A stretch of 63,878 bases of DNA, counting the filler, from Porpidia crustulata (lineage: Eukaryota): NCBI GenBank assembly GCA_964255105.1. It is 3 parts of 3 records of this genome, joined end to end, with 100 filler letters (N's around TTAATTAATTAA, not from the genome) between each part and the next. Parts side by side here need not be neighbours in the genome. Positions count along the whole stretch, not along the records: positions 43,346 to 63,878 come from CAXUWE010000113.1; 2 more parts are not named here. The stretch is one strand, 5' to 3'. A model generated the notes under the pieces. The model was given only the letters and a program-made list of their open reading frames with translations, did not search any database and was not told where the DNA came from. Numbering within the stretch: the first letter of the stretch is position 1; each line of letters begins with the position of its first letter. A program made the position numbers and the translations under genes. This document shows positions 49,052-60,785 of this stretch, piece after piece.

Positions 49052-49124
49052 TACTCATTCCCACCCCTCAACGTTCGGCTCTAAAAAATTAGTCGATATA
49101 ACCCTAACCCTAGATAAACGAGTA
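49052..49124 (-). mobile_element. TA-bounded mini-element E with telomeric core (73 bp)
   Basis: Minus strand reads TACTCGTTTATCTAGGGTTAGGGTTATATCGACTAATTTTTTAGAGCCGAACGTTGAGGGGTGGGAATGAGTA. It shares 28 bp (TAGGGTTAGGGTTATATCGACTAATTTT) with element C. Confidence 0.72.
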
Positions 49125-49763
49125 CATGGTTCTGGTAGGGGTTACCTGACCCAGGCACCGTACACATAGCGCGATAGACTTTCTCTCACGGATCCGGTTG
49201 ATTTCGCTCTCGGTCAGGTCGCGGGACCTCGGCTCCTCATCGGCTCCGGTCAGGTAGTCGGCGATGTCCTGAGGGGTGGGCTCGTACGCGGCGGTCCCAG
49301 CGATATTAGACATCATCTTGTTCGCACATCGTGCCTGGAGAACTTGATCATGTGTATGATCAAGGGTCAACATCCAGGCCCAGATGGCCCGGCGCTGTCC
49401 AATCCAATAGATACGCCCAATGGCTTGAAATATGGTATTCCCATTGATTGGGACATCGAAGAATAAAACATCCGAGCAGGCCAGCTGCAAATTCACGCTA
49501 GCCGCCGTTGTTTTTAGAGAGCAAAGCAGGATTTTGACTGGGTTGGCTGGATCATTAAATTGGGCGCACGCGGTCGTTCGTTCCTCAGCCGTATGCACAG
49601 ACCGTATTGTCATTACGTCGAACCCTATATTGGTCAGAAATGCGGCCGCGAGCCAGAGAGACATAGCTTGTCGATCCTCGCTGTAAAAGGACGCCATCTG
49701 CTGTACAATCCAAACTAGAACTGCTTCGCGGTCGGCTAATTCTGCGGCCAGTTGGAAAGTCAC
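49110..49763 (-). pseudogene. SNF2-type helicase C-terminal (HELICc) fragment
   Basis: R..A..QFND....VKILLCSL.....VNLQLAC..V.FFD.P.N...IFQAIGRIY.IGQ (motifs IV-VI). No N-terminal ATPase half is visible upstream; the ORF is ended by element E. Confidence 0.65.
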
Positions 49764-51868
49764 TGTGCTTCAATCAGCATTCAAAAGCAATTCGTGCATC
49801 GGATACGACGGTCACGGCTTTCCGGGAGTTAGAAGGCTTCGGTGTTGAGGAGGCGGACGCTCCTCCCTTTCTTGGGGGAGACAGCGTCCCTCCACTGGCG
49901 GTCTCAGGTGCTTTTCATTTAGAAGAGACTTTCCTGATTTGAAAGTAGTGACGGAGATTGCGCTTTTCGGCCAGGGTTTTTGGGCTCCAGATTAATTGCA
50001 GTGAGCTTCGATTTGCTAAACGCGCCTCCGTTTGCTTGAGAGGATGATGATTTTAATACCTGAACAACCTGTGATTTTGCTGCGTCAACTGGTCAGACTC
50101 TGCTAGAAGAAAGCTTTTATCAATAGCTGAGCTTGCAGGAAGACAATAGTCCATGACAGCCACGGGGAATGACTCGGATATCAAAATACTGATATCGTTG
50201 ACTGCGTTTTTGACAGCTTTGCTACTCAGTCAACTAAATTTATACTTGATTTTTTTTGAGAAGCGTGATTCTCTGTGAACCATAGGTTCATACGTTCATG
50301 TGCTCGCCACATCTCCGGAATATAGTGCATCCAAGCCTCAATTCCTCATCTTATTATCATCGGGGCTGATGCTGCTTACCATAAATTTGATCAAGAGTGA
50401 TGATCAGAGAGACGCTTATGGTATCGCACTTTCTTGAGATTATATTAGATTCTTGAGAGCGGGAAGGAAAATTCGAGAAAGGAAGCGGTAGATATCTAAT
50501 TAAAGGTTTGATCATTACTGAATCTCAATATCTCTCCCTTGAGCTCTTGTGCAGATAGATTGTGCAATGTCGCTTTGGAATAATTAATAAGTCTTTTGAT
50601 CAATCCATGCAGTCTTTGCTTTCTAATTTATAGTAGATCACGACGCGAATAAATCGAAAAGAGAGATATTGACGAGTTTCAGAGCACGTGTGAGGCTGGC
50701 AGCTCGTCGAAAAGGATCTGACAAAGAGATTTTGCCAGTCCGCTGAACTAAGGTACTTGAAACACATGGTCTTATTAGTGCAATAGATTCTCATCATCAT
50801 CTAGTGAGCCATTCAGAAATCTATAAAACTCAAGAATATATAAATATAACGTAAATATAAGTCTTGCCAATCCAGCAAGTTTCTTGGAAAAAATCTATGA
50901 GCAAACCCCAGGGCGGAGATTGTAGTTTATGGTGTAACCGAAAGGTGGGTGTGTAGTAAAAGATGACTGGGCTTATGAGTTTCCTGGTGGTTGCCACACT
51001 TATACTCGAAATCGATATCACAGTTGCATTGAACTAGCCTTCTTCACCAACATTGACTTCCATATCTATTCATTGTTTGTTAATGAGATTCTCATTTACC
51101 ACACGTGGTATATTATTGTACCCACTAAAATGGGGCTGTCAGCATGGTGAAGGAGAGACGCCGGTGATTGCTGCTATGCGCCACTGCCATAAAAAGATGA
51201 TGTTTGCAGTAATAGAATACTATGCCTTGTATGAGGTTTGCCCAACCTTATTACGGCCCAACATGGTGTTTAGAATGCTGCTATACGATCCTTTGGGCTT
51301 TCCCAGGCCATGTCATAGCTGTCCATAGAGATACGACATCCGAAAAGTATTTTATTCAAGAACTAAATTGCATACGGAATGGGAACTATTTTGAATCAAC
51401 GAAGTGATAGGAAATTCGCAAGAGGAGCGATGAAAATAGCAGATGTATACGGAATACGCCCGTAAGATTTGAACACTGATAAAAACAATAAATTACAAGA
51501 AGTGGATTTGGTGTAGTAATATTAATTATGAATTAGATGAAGTGAAGCTTAAGATACATGACTTGAAGTGACCACATGATTTTGAGAATAGCAATAGTCC
51601 GATCGAGAAATAGAACGCCAAAATTTCAGTAGCCTGTGCGTTACGACAATGTCCAAATAAAAGCGCCGTCATTACCTCAAGAAATTAGTATCTCTCTAGA
51701 CCCTCGTAAAGTAATTAGGAAAGCCGTCCAATATTCACCTTGTCGCCAGCAGATTTCACCCCGAACCTTTGCTCCAGATCTTCTCGTACGAACGACCAGG
51801 CTCGGCTATAAAGTAGGTACTTCTCTGTTCTTGTCTCTCAGGAATCATTCCTCGGCAGCAAGACTGAT

Positions 51869-54217
51869 TCAAGTCATCAAAGCGTTGATAGCTGCTATAT
51901 CGTCATCATCTAGAACGAACAACGGATCACATTCAATGTCATGATCAATATCTGCCGGATTAACCTCGGGGATGCCATTGCACTGGATGCTCTCGGCTTC
52001 TCCTGATTGCCCGGAGCTTGGGCTTCCATCCTGGGAGTCCGGGAGATTGGTATTACAATTGTTGACGCTTGCCTCTATTGTGAAAGTTTCCACCAATTCT
52101 GCATTTGTGATAGATATTGGTAAAGGTGATTCAGTGGCAGAGACTCCGACCGTCGCTGGAGTCCTCTGTCCAGACAACGAAGTGGCGTTAGTGAGGGGCA
52201 GCTTATCATTGTCTGGATCAATGATTACGAGATCACCGTAGACGGATGCATTATCGTCTTCGAACAACGACTCAATATCGTCATGTTCTTGGTCGTCGCT
52301 GAACAATGAATCAATCTCGCGGTTCGCACGATCTTCCTTAGCTGAACCATGCAAATCGATCTTTGCAGTGGCAACTTTGGAGACCACAGGAGGATCAGGT
52401 TTGGAAATCACCCCATTCTCTTCATCGAGAAAATTTACTTCCTTGCTTACCTGATCATTCGGAGGCGGCTGTGGAATTTCCTCGATTGGAAGGTTCTTGA
52501 TGACGGATAGGGTCTCTTTCTTAGATACCGAGTCACACTTAGTCAGAGACATAGGAGTCTGTACGGGCTTCTCGGCAAGTAGAAACCCTGTATCAGCCGC
52601 ATCCAGTCCGCCCGAAGCCTCTAGAGCAGTAATATCGTCTGCCGAGATATACCCGAAAGGAGGAGCAAAGCCTTCGAGAGACGTATAAAATGCTTCGACA
52701 AGCACAAGCTGTGGGACTGGCGTTGAACCTTTCCAGCACGCCGACAGAGCGCCCTGCATTTCTGTCCACTGACTTGCATAAGAGTCGTCACGTGAAGTTT
52801 GAGGAGGCTCTTTCCCAGTACAAAGGCGATAGTCCTTTCGGGTGAAGTCCAAGGCAGCTGTGATACTAGCCTTCTCATGTTCCAATATGGGTTCGACATA
52901 TCGAAAATCAGTGGGAGCAAGTGTGATAGGTTCGGCATTTGCGAGCGCTTGAGCCTTGGTTAGGGGCTGTTGGGTCTGATAGACCTGAGAAGCTATCATT
53001 AGAGCAACGCTTTCCGAGAAATCATCATCTTCCAGGACGATAGGCATGTCATGAGAAGCGCCAGGTCCGAGAACATAGGGAATCCGATCAACGGTATCTC
53101 CTGTCTTATGAATCAGCTTTTTCGTCCGGTAGATATGTCTGCTAGCAGTTCGGTCGTGAATCCCCAACCCCATTGAGCCTCTTAGGCCTCTAATTTGGTT
53201 TAATTGCACAGACTCACCATAGGCTATATTTCCTTGAACTGATTTCTGGCGCTTTGCCCTTGATCGACCTTCTTCGATTCCCCCAGTAATCTGATTTTGT
53301 CGCCGCTTACTTCCTGTCGTTTCACTTTGAGGATATGAATACGGCGTACCATTGCCAGAGATGTTAGTGTTGTATAGGGAGTTGTCATAGTCCATTCCCT
53401 CGAGGCCAAGGTTACATGCATCAAGGTAGTCCTGCTCGGCATCGAGTACCTGGTTGGAAAAAGCTGCGGATGCTTCAGAATGTCTCCCGTCCTGACCAGG
53501 CTGAATTATATCCAGCCGGGGATCATGTGGTTGAACATTGGTGCCTGAACGAACATCAGATTGAGGAGACTCTATCTTATGTATAGCAGAGGTATATCCA
53601 TTCATGACTTCGCTATACGGAGTCGCGGACGAACTAGAAGCGCGATTGCTCTGCTCCATTCTTCGATTTTCTCTTCTAGGTCTGCCAGGTCTATGACGGG
53701 AATTCGACTGAATAACGGGGCGAGTAGTCTCTACACTGTGAGGATCAGTGCCGCGAATACTTCTTGGCTGCTGCGAGTTCCCTTGATGAGTTCCTTTGAT
53801 ATGCTCGGACGGGCGGAATCGCATGAGGCGCTCGTATGCAGTTTGGAACTCTGTAGCGTTGTTGGCCATGAGCAAGTAATTCTGGCCGTGGAGATTTCTC
53901 GATGGAGAGTGGTAGGGCCCGTATTCACCCTGTAACGAATAATTGAGAATGGGATCCTCTGCATCCGGCGTGCTCGCATTCGCCTGCCCATATTGGGAAC
54001 AGGGACCCCGTCGTGATGGGCCAACCGCGTTGGAAGGACAAGTCGTCAAATTTCGAGATTTGATGTTGAGACTTGTGGAAGTATATTGACCCATCCTGCT
54101 ACTGGCTAAGGCATAAGGCTGGGCATTAGGTTGAGCAAAATTGTAGACTTCGTGATGACCAACCATCGACCTGTTGGGTCGTCTTTGCCATCTGGTTGGA
54201 TTCATGCCTTCGTCCAC
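51869..54217 (-). CDS. Hypothetical protein (at least 782 aa), largely disordered with one globular domain; 5' exons probably extend to ~54940
   Basis: Long ORF; an upstream CTAAC...TAG acceptor near 54460; domain at ~52707-52909 shared with the neighbouring gene. Confidence 0.7.
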   Translation of the reverse strand: MDEGMNPTRWQRRPNRSMVGHHEVYNFAQPNAQPYALASSRMGQYTSTSLNIKSRNLTTCPSNAVGPSRRGPCSQYGQANASTPDAEDPILNYSLQGEYGPYHSPSRNLHGQNYLLMANNATEFQTAYERLMRFRPSEHIKGTHQGNSQQPRSIRGTDPHSVETTRPVIQSNSRHRPGRPRRENRRMEQSNRASSSSATPYSEVMNGYTSAIHKIESPQSDVRSGTNVQPHDPRLDIIQPGQDGRHSEASAAFSNQVLDAEQDYLDACNLGLEGMDYDNSLYNTNISGNGTPYSYPQSETTGSKRRQNQITGGIEEGRSRAKRQKSVQGNIAYGESVQLNQIRGLRGSMGLGIHDRTASRHIYRTKKLIHKTGDTVDRIPYVLGPGASHDMPIVLEDDDFSESVALMIASQVYQTQQPLTKAQALANAEPITLAPTDFRYVEPILEHEKASITAALDFTRKDYRLCTGKEPPQTSRDDSYASQWTEMQGALSACWKGSTPVPQLVLVEAFYTSLEGFAPPFGYISADDITALEASGGLDAADTGFLLAEKPVQTPMSLTKCDSVSKKETLSVIKNLPIEEIPQPPPNDQVSKEVNFLDEENGVISKPDPPVVSKVATAKIDLHGSAKEDRANREIDSLFSDDQEHDDIESLFEDDNASVYGDLVIIDPDNDKLPLTNATSLSGQRTPATVGVSATESPLPISITNAELVETFTIEASVNNCNTNLPDSQDGSPSSGQSGEAESIQCNGIPEVNPADIDHDIECDPLFVLDDDDIAAINALMT

Positions 54218-56486
54218 TGCTGAGTCCGGGGAATTTACTGTGGACTCATAAGTCTTCTGTCGCTTGGCGGCTGGGTCTTGTAATCCGGTCCTAGAAGTTT
54301 CACTTGCGTTCTCATGCCTTCGCTTACTTCCCCTGGCTTGTTGATCAATGTGTACACCTGGAGCACCTTGTAGGTAATGGCTCGTGTCAAGTGGTGTCTG
54401 AGGCTTAAAGGGTTGTTTGATTACTGGCCCTGGACGTTGGAGGTTTGGGTGATATACTTGAGCTAAGATCGTTAGCTCATCCCTATTGGAGAGGGTCTAG
54501 GTCGCACTATTCTCCCATTGCTCTCCAAAACGCTTGCCAATCTGACTGCTCGCCATTTTCAGGTCACTTAAGTCGAACTGGTATATTACAGCTTTACAAT
54601 ACTGGTGTAAGTGCACAGTGCCCTTGATTGATAAGTGTACGGTCTCGACAAATAGAAATAATGATTTCGATACAAAATACCATTTGAGGAGAGTTTGTGA
54701 ACTTAGGAGGAGAACATACCTCGCAATTTAAATATAAGGTGACTTGTGATGTTTTGGCTGCTAACACTGTGTCAAGCTCTGTGTCGATGTTTTGTGTCAT
54801 AGAGTCCACTATGAATGAGCCGTGCTGCGGATCATATAGAAAAAGTGCAGGCATTATCGTTCCAACTATAAGCGAAACTAAATCGTGGATGTAGACTTGA
54901 GATGCCTAGACTTTAGCAAGATGTCGAAGCAACTCTCGGCATTTGTATATATATATAGAGAAAGAGAAATATATAAGTTGAAGGGTCTTTCAACAGCAAA
55001 TGAGGGCGTAAAGTAGTCAGCGGTGACTTTCCATCGAAAGTGAATTGAGATGTTACAGTACGTGTGATTTTAGCGTCGACAATTTTTGTTAGTTAATAAA
55101 TATTTGAATATGCTCAACCTGATGCATGCAATAACGAACAAACACTTGTTCCGAGATAGGATTGTTCGTTACTTACTGATCGGCAATGCAGCTCTTGTAC
55201 GAAGGAAGGGCAAAGTTTTATCATGCATTAGAATTAGGTTACCATATTTTGCATTTGACATGTCATAGAGACCGTCTAAAAGTAATCATACAAGGACAAA
55301 AGCCGAGACAACAATGTCTAATTCACGTTCTTGTTCTTACCCGGGAAAAACTGTGATGAGCCGGTGTATAAGAATTTCGCGGCAAGTACATTCAATTCCA
55401 TACAACCGAACGATGAAAGCGAAAGGGACTCAAAGATCCAACTCTTGAAGACTTATGGTATGTCGAGAACTTAGTTCCCAACCTCTTTTAAGTATGGCAA
55501 TACCACGTTTGTACAAAAGCGCATCCGAGGATCTCCATATTTATACTCGTGCGGCGTGGGGAAAGCTAGGCAACAGCGTCTTGAAGGTTGTCCGAGAATT
55601 TCTTCGACGAGCTTCGGTTGAATCCGCGTAGATTCATTTCGGGGGTCTGCCTCAGCCTTCTTGGCTGGTCCTACACCGACATCCATGTCAAGAGTATGCT
55701 GTCAAGGACAGTCTGTGTTCACTGGATATGGAAGGTTACTCAAACGCGGTGCAATATACGGATAAGTTCTTTTTGAGGAGGTCGCAGGAGGCCGGATTTT
55801 TGCAGCCTGGCTTATTGATGATTTTGCTCACGCATTATTCAGAATTTACGGTCCGAGTTTGACAGTGGTTGCAACTTGTAAGAAACCCGATTAGCCGCTT
55901 AGCGCGGGCGCTTAGGATTGGTGACTTGATGGCCTCCGATTACACTACTGAAAACTTGCAGCAATCCAGATGCCCGATTTCCATATCAAAGCACCCTTGG
56001 GTGTCTGCGATTGATCAACTCCTGACCTACTATATATATACAATCAGCGAATGAGCGCATACCGAACCCACCCAGCTACTTCTGCAACGTTCAGACAGAG
56101 CATCTTTGTACACAGGATGTAGAATCACCACGATCATAATTTCTATCGCAAAGAATTGTCAAGAAACCTGTCCAGACTAAAATTGAGCGAGATCTTAGTT
56201 AATTAAGAGAGTTGAGTATGAAGTGGTTACAAGTAGAGAACGGAGATGAGAAGAATCTTTGACGCACAGCTGAGTGGCCTGGGAAAATTCAAGGAGATGA
56301 GGCTGTCTACCATATCCTAATGGCCCTAAACCAGAGCTTGGAAGAAAGTTTTGATAGCATAAGAATCCTGGGGTTGGAAACATATGTGCCATCACTCTAG
56401 GAATTATGATTAGATACGACTCTTGAATTATGAAACTATGGCTATTTAAAAGATCCACATCCAAGCTTGGTTTATGTATTCGCGGC

Positions 56487-58268
56487 TCACCTTCTGCCAC
56501 GAACCCTTCGCTCTTGAACAATCCGATTGGCCCGCTCTTCAAAAACCTCATCGGCCAGCCTCCTCAATCGCAACGGTTCGCCGTAAAACCGATTGTGCCA
56601 GGGCAAATTCCATACCAATTCGCGTGAATTGAATCTAACCGCTCCAATGAGACGAGGAAGTGGATCTCCAGTTATGGAGGAATCCCAGTTTCTACTCAAA
56701 GCGGTTGCGATATCGCCCCATTGGTAAATATAGCTTCTTCGAGGATCCGTCAGCGGTGATGCTAGACCCAAGTGGTGCTCATATCGGTGTCTTGTCGGCC
56801 TCAAGAGACGTCTTATCAGTCGAGCCTCGGCTTCTGTGGCAGGATCCGCGTAGAGAAAATCGCCTGCCTCCGACTCATACCAGTCGGTGGAAATGGAGCT
56901 GCTACTATCTTCATCACTATTCCCTCCTCTCGATATGCCATTATTTCCTATCGCGCTAGCATTTTCATCTGTGTCAGGCTTGTTGGCAGAGCCTGCGAGT
57001 CTATTCGTATTGGCTGAGTCAATGAGTCTAGGAAGCTCCAGCTGCCTAAATGCAACAACTGGTGCTATTCGTGAAGGCGGCTCTGCAAGACTTCGATTGC
57101 CTTGATTGTCGCTCTGAGGCCAAAAATGACTGACAGAGGCAGCTATGCCTTCTGTATTTTTACTCTCGATTTCACCGAGTCCTTGGATGGCTTTCCCTGC
57201 ATCCTCAGCTTTATCTGGATCGTCGGCGGTGCCATCTTGGACGAGCACATCTGGATTCTCGGCCTTGAATTTTGCTAACAGTTTCTTGTAGTTCTTAAGT
57301 CCTGTACGATGCATCGCTTGGTGCTTTTCAACTGACACATCCTTAGCGCCCCTTTGACGCCGAGGAAATCGACCGAGGTTCTCAAGTTCCATCTCAGCAA
57401 TCTCGTGTGGGTATAAGCTACGGAATGCCTCCGTAGAATTGGCGATCTTGCATGCTTGAGGCAGCTTCCGGTATATGTATGCCTCAATGGCATCACTTGC
57501 TCCGCCCGTGGAATCCCACGAAATAGCTGCAGCCTTCCTCCTGAAACGAGTCATCCGCATACTGAGGCTCGCAAGACGCACCTGGATCCATCCAGGCATT
57601 CGGCCTCGAATTTGCTTCAACGAGGCCCATTTGTTCAAGCGACAGAAAGCTTCGAGCCTCCATCCCTCGCAGTCCGCCGACAATGTCAGCGGAATACCTG
57701 GAAAATCCAGCAACGGTATATTCTCATTGCTCAAAACTACGTAGCCTTCTTGTGTACGTATCAATCCTGGCTTAGTCGAATCAGGGAACGTATCGTCAGG
57801 TTTCAATTGAAATAAAATCCTCGGCCAAGTCGATCTTTCGGCTCCACAATTCTCATAGTCTGGGTGATAGCTTGTCAGATCATGAACCATACGACCGCCC
57901 GATGGATTATGCTTGTATGTCCCAAGAAGTCCTTGCTGCTGAAGGAATCTTGTCCTACAGTGGTCATGGCGTATGGCTTTCATTGTCGTTCCTGTGTCAG
58001 GGTTGAACCAGTCAAACACGCTGTCTTCGATACCTCCATTCTTCGATTTGTCATCGACGACGAAATCTTCATTCCAGCTACTATCCGAATCTAATTCTCC
58101 TTCGTCGCTCCCAGTGAAGTAATCCTTCTGGTCTTCGAGAGTTCTTGATTCTGCATGCTCACGTTGCGTTCCTCTCACATGTGCAGCAGTAGCAGCATGA
58201 GCGCTAGATGTTGCTTGCATCGTCCTGTTTGAGGGGCTTGTGCCAAGATCCGATAGTTTGTAAGGCAA
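56487..58268 (-). CDS. Hypothetical protein (~590 aa) with a central helical domain and the shared C-terminal domain
   Basis: Long ORF with PLLDFPGIPLTLS..CEGWRLEA..R....L.QI.GRMP...LSMRMTRFR...AISW, and a C-terminal block homologous to 51869..54217. True start uncertain. Confidence 0.75.
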   Translation of the reverse strand: MPYKLSDLGTSPSNRTMQATSSAHAATAAHVRGTQREHAESRTLEDQKDYFTGSDEGELDSDSSWNEDFVVDDKSKNGGIEDSVFDWFNPDTGTTMKAIRHDHCRTRFLQQQGLLGTYKHNPSGGRMVHDLTSYHPDYENCGAERSTWPRILFQLKPDDTFPDSTKPGLIRTQEGYVVLSNENIPLLDFPGIPLTLSADCEGWRLEAFCRLNKWASLKQIRGRMPGWIQVRLASLSMRMTRFRRKAAAISWDSTGGASDAIEAYIYRKLPQACKIANSTEAFRSLYPHEIAEMELENLGRFPRRQRGAKDVSVEKHQAMHRTGLKNYKKLLAKFKAENPDVLVQDGTADDPDKAEDAGKAIQGLGEIESKNTEGIAASVSHFWPQSDNQGNRSLAEPPSRIAPVVAFRQLELPRLIDSANTNRLAGSANKPDTDENASAIGNNGISRGGNSDEDSSSSISTDWYESEAGDFLYADPATEAEARLIRRLLRPTRHRYEHHLGLASPLTDPRRSYIYQWGDIATALSRNWDSSITGDPLPRLIGAVRFNSRELVWNLPWHNRFYGEPLRLRRLADEVFEERANRIVQERRVRGRR

Positions 58269-60785
58269 TTATTGAGGTTTTTGGTAGAAGAAGGTTCTAT
58301 CACGGAATAGATGGCATAAATATTCGAGACACAGAAGAGGTTGTTTATGCAACAGACAATGACACCACTGTCTAAGTCATGCTGAACAATGTTGTTCCGT
58401 GAATTGGAACAGGCTTCTCCAACACAACAACAATCAGTAATTTGGTGAGGTCCAGAAGGTTCCCGGGAATCGACGGAGCTGAACGTTGAGCTTGAACGAC
58501 CGAGAACATGCTGTATACTCCGGACGTGGTAAAGACCTGGACCATATAAAACTCCCATCCTAGCATTTCGAACGAGTGGTAGTCAACAGTTCTCCGCGAT
58601 AGAGAATTCCCATTTATGATAAAACGCGTGTGACAAAACAGCCGGAAGGACGCAACAGATGACGGTCATTCTATGCATACTCTATGGATCGTAGAGAACC
58701 CAAACTTGTGGGCATGAAAGGTGATAAGATTCAGAGCAAGTGCAGGGTTCCGGTAAGGCACGCATAAGACCATACCCAACGACTTGGTATATCATCATAG
58801 TCGATTATAAACTGACCTAAAAGCCAGATGCAACAATTCGAAGTTTCCCATGTCTACCGGTTGGTGCTAACGGCTTCATTCAGTGCGAGGTGTTAGTGCA
58901 TTGTCTTTTGACAATGTCTCTGTCCTAGGCAGAGATTTGACCCCCCGTTTCCGATCTTGACCATTCGCATATTAATCCACCGTTACAGTCAATTGTCGGA
59001 TGTTTGCGAGCTAGCCGCCATTGTGGGGTCTAACCTGAGGCCTCGAGCCATAAAGATTATTCGGCAGGTTCTTTCTATATAGATACTATCAGGCAAGAAA
59101 AGAATAAGAAGGCAGCGAATGAAAGGAATATATATAGGGTGCGAGAGTCTCGATAATCTAAATTATTACCATTGCATGTAATGACTCCGGAGGTATATCT
59201 TGGTCTCAACCATCCCACTTATGGAACAGTTGATCGAGACACTCAGCAGCCCTTCGATGCCCATTCATCATTTCAAGGTCGGCACAAAGAACGGAAAGCG
59301 ATCGGAAGAGAAAGGGGAAAACGTTTGTGATTACAGATAGACAGCCGTCCATTGAATCAGTCCAGCCTTCACTGAAGGACCCAAAGCTGTCCAATTTCTT
59401 ATTGTTCGGTGCATTCATTAACTCTCAGATTATGATTCTCAATGTGAATACCAGCGACCATCATTGAAGATAGTCTTTCGCTTCTTGAATTACAGAATCA
59501 AGGGTTCCTCCCCAATAAAATTCTCAGATAAGATCGCTAATCAATTTGAAGTTATTTCCGCTATTATTGAGCATTTGGGAACAGTTTGTCTAATATGTTA
59601 TAGTGATCGCATATGATGGCTGATAATTACTCATCAGAAAATGGTATGTGCTGAACATGTATTTGAAATAGAATATAATATTCATCTGAGAATATACTGG
59701 GGCATGCACCTTGATTGCAGTTGAGGATCCGACATGATCCCCTTCCACGACTTGGGCAGTTCCAGTGATCTTTGGGACGCAAGAAGCTAGTCTATGATTC
59801 ACGTGAATGTACATCAAGGATCAAGGTAGCCTTTGTCACAAACAGAGAGGAGAACGGATGTGAAACTGAAGTCTAAGTAATGCTTGAGATAATGGACAGA
59901 TATGAATATGCCGTGAGAAGCTTCGAAGATGTTCTCCATTGCTTTTCGTAGTTGATACAAGCGCTGAGCCAACGCTACCAACGTCGTCGACTCAAATCTT
60001 GAACAAAGACTCCATTAGATCGGCTTGAATGTTTCAGAGAAATTTTCACCTTTTCTCCTTGGTTTTGTGAGTTCAGCCATATGAAACACTATATGCAGGT
60101 CAAGATAAATGTTACCCGCAACCGTAGGGTTGTAGTATTATTGCCTTTTTCTAAGTTGGCTGCGCATTTGACTCTCAAATTTAGGAATTATATCATCAAG
60201 ACAGAATGAAGATGCTTGCTAAGTATCTACATTCAGGAGAACGGAAAATAAGGGAAATTATAGAAGGCTGAAAAGCTTTTACAAGCCTTCCAAAATTTTG
60301 GCAGTGTGGCTCCCCGTTCCGGTAATCTTCGATCTCGAACCTATCTCTTTAAATCTTGGCAATCACAGATGAGCTCTGGCAAACATTTAGTCCTGTGAGA
60401 TACTCCATTTCCGAGATGCAGTCTTCTCTCTTCGTGTATCGACGCCTCTTTACTTCGTTACTCGATTTCTGCTCTGCAATTTATCAAGAAAATTGCCGAG
60501 GAGATGAGAAGCCTTGTATGCGGCTTACGGCTTCCAGCAATCATGAATCATACTCACATGGACGATAGTACTACGCTTTATGTCAGTCAATCCTTATATT
60601 GCACAGACTTCAGCAGTTAAGCAGTGCCCAGCTACGATTCCGGATTTCGATTGTAGGCGCCTAAAGCGGCTAATTCAAGAGACGCTAAGTTTGATGATCT
60701 CACCAATTGTCAGTTTATAATATCTTTCAAATACTTCCTTCTCGCCCCGTTTGGTCGTCTACAATTCACCACGAGACTCGGATCG

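Noticed and set aside
49269..49286. CTGAGGGGTGGGCTCGTA resembling an element end
   Set aside because: Spacing differs from the consensus and it is explained as coding sequence (YEPTPQD).
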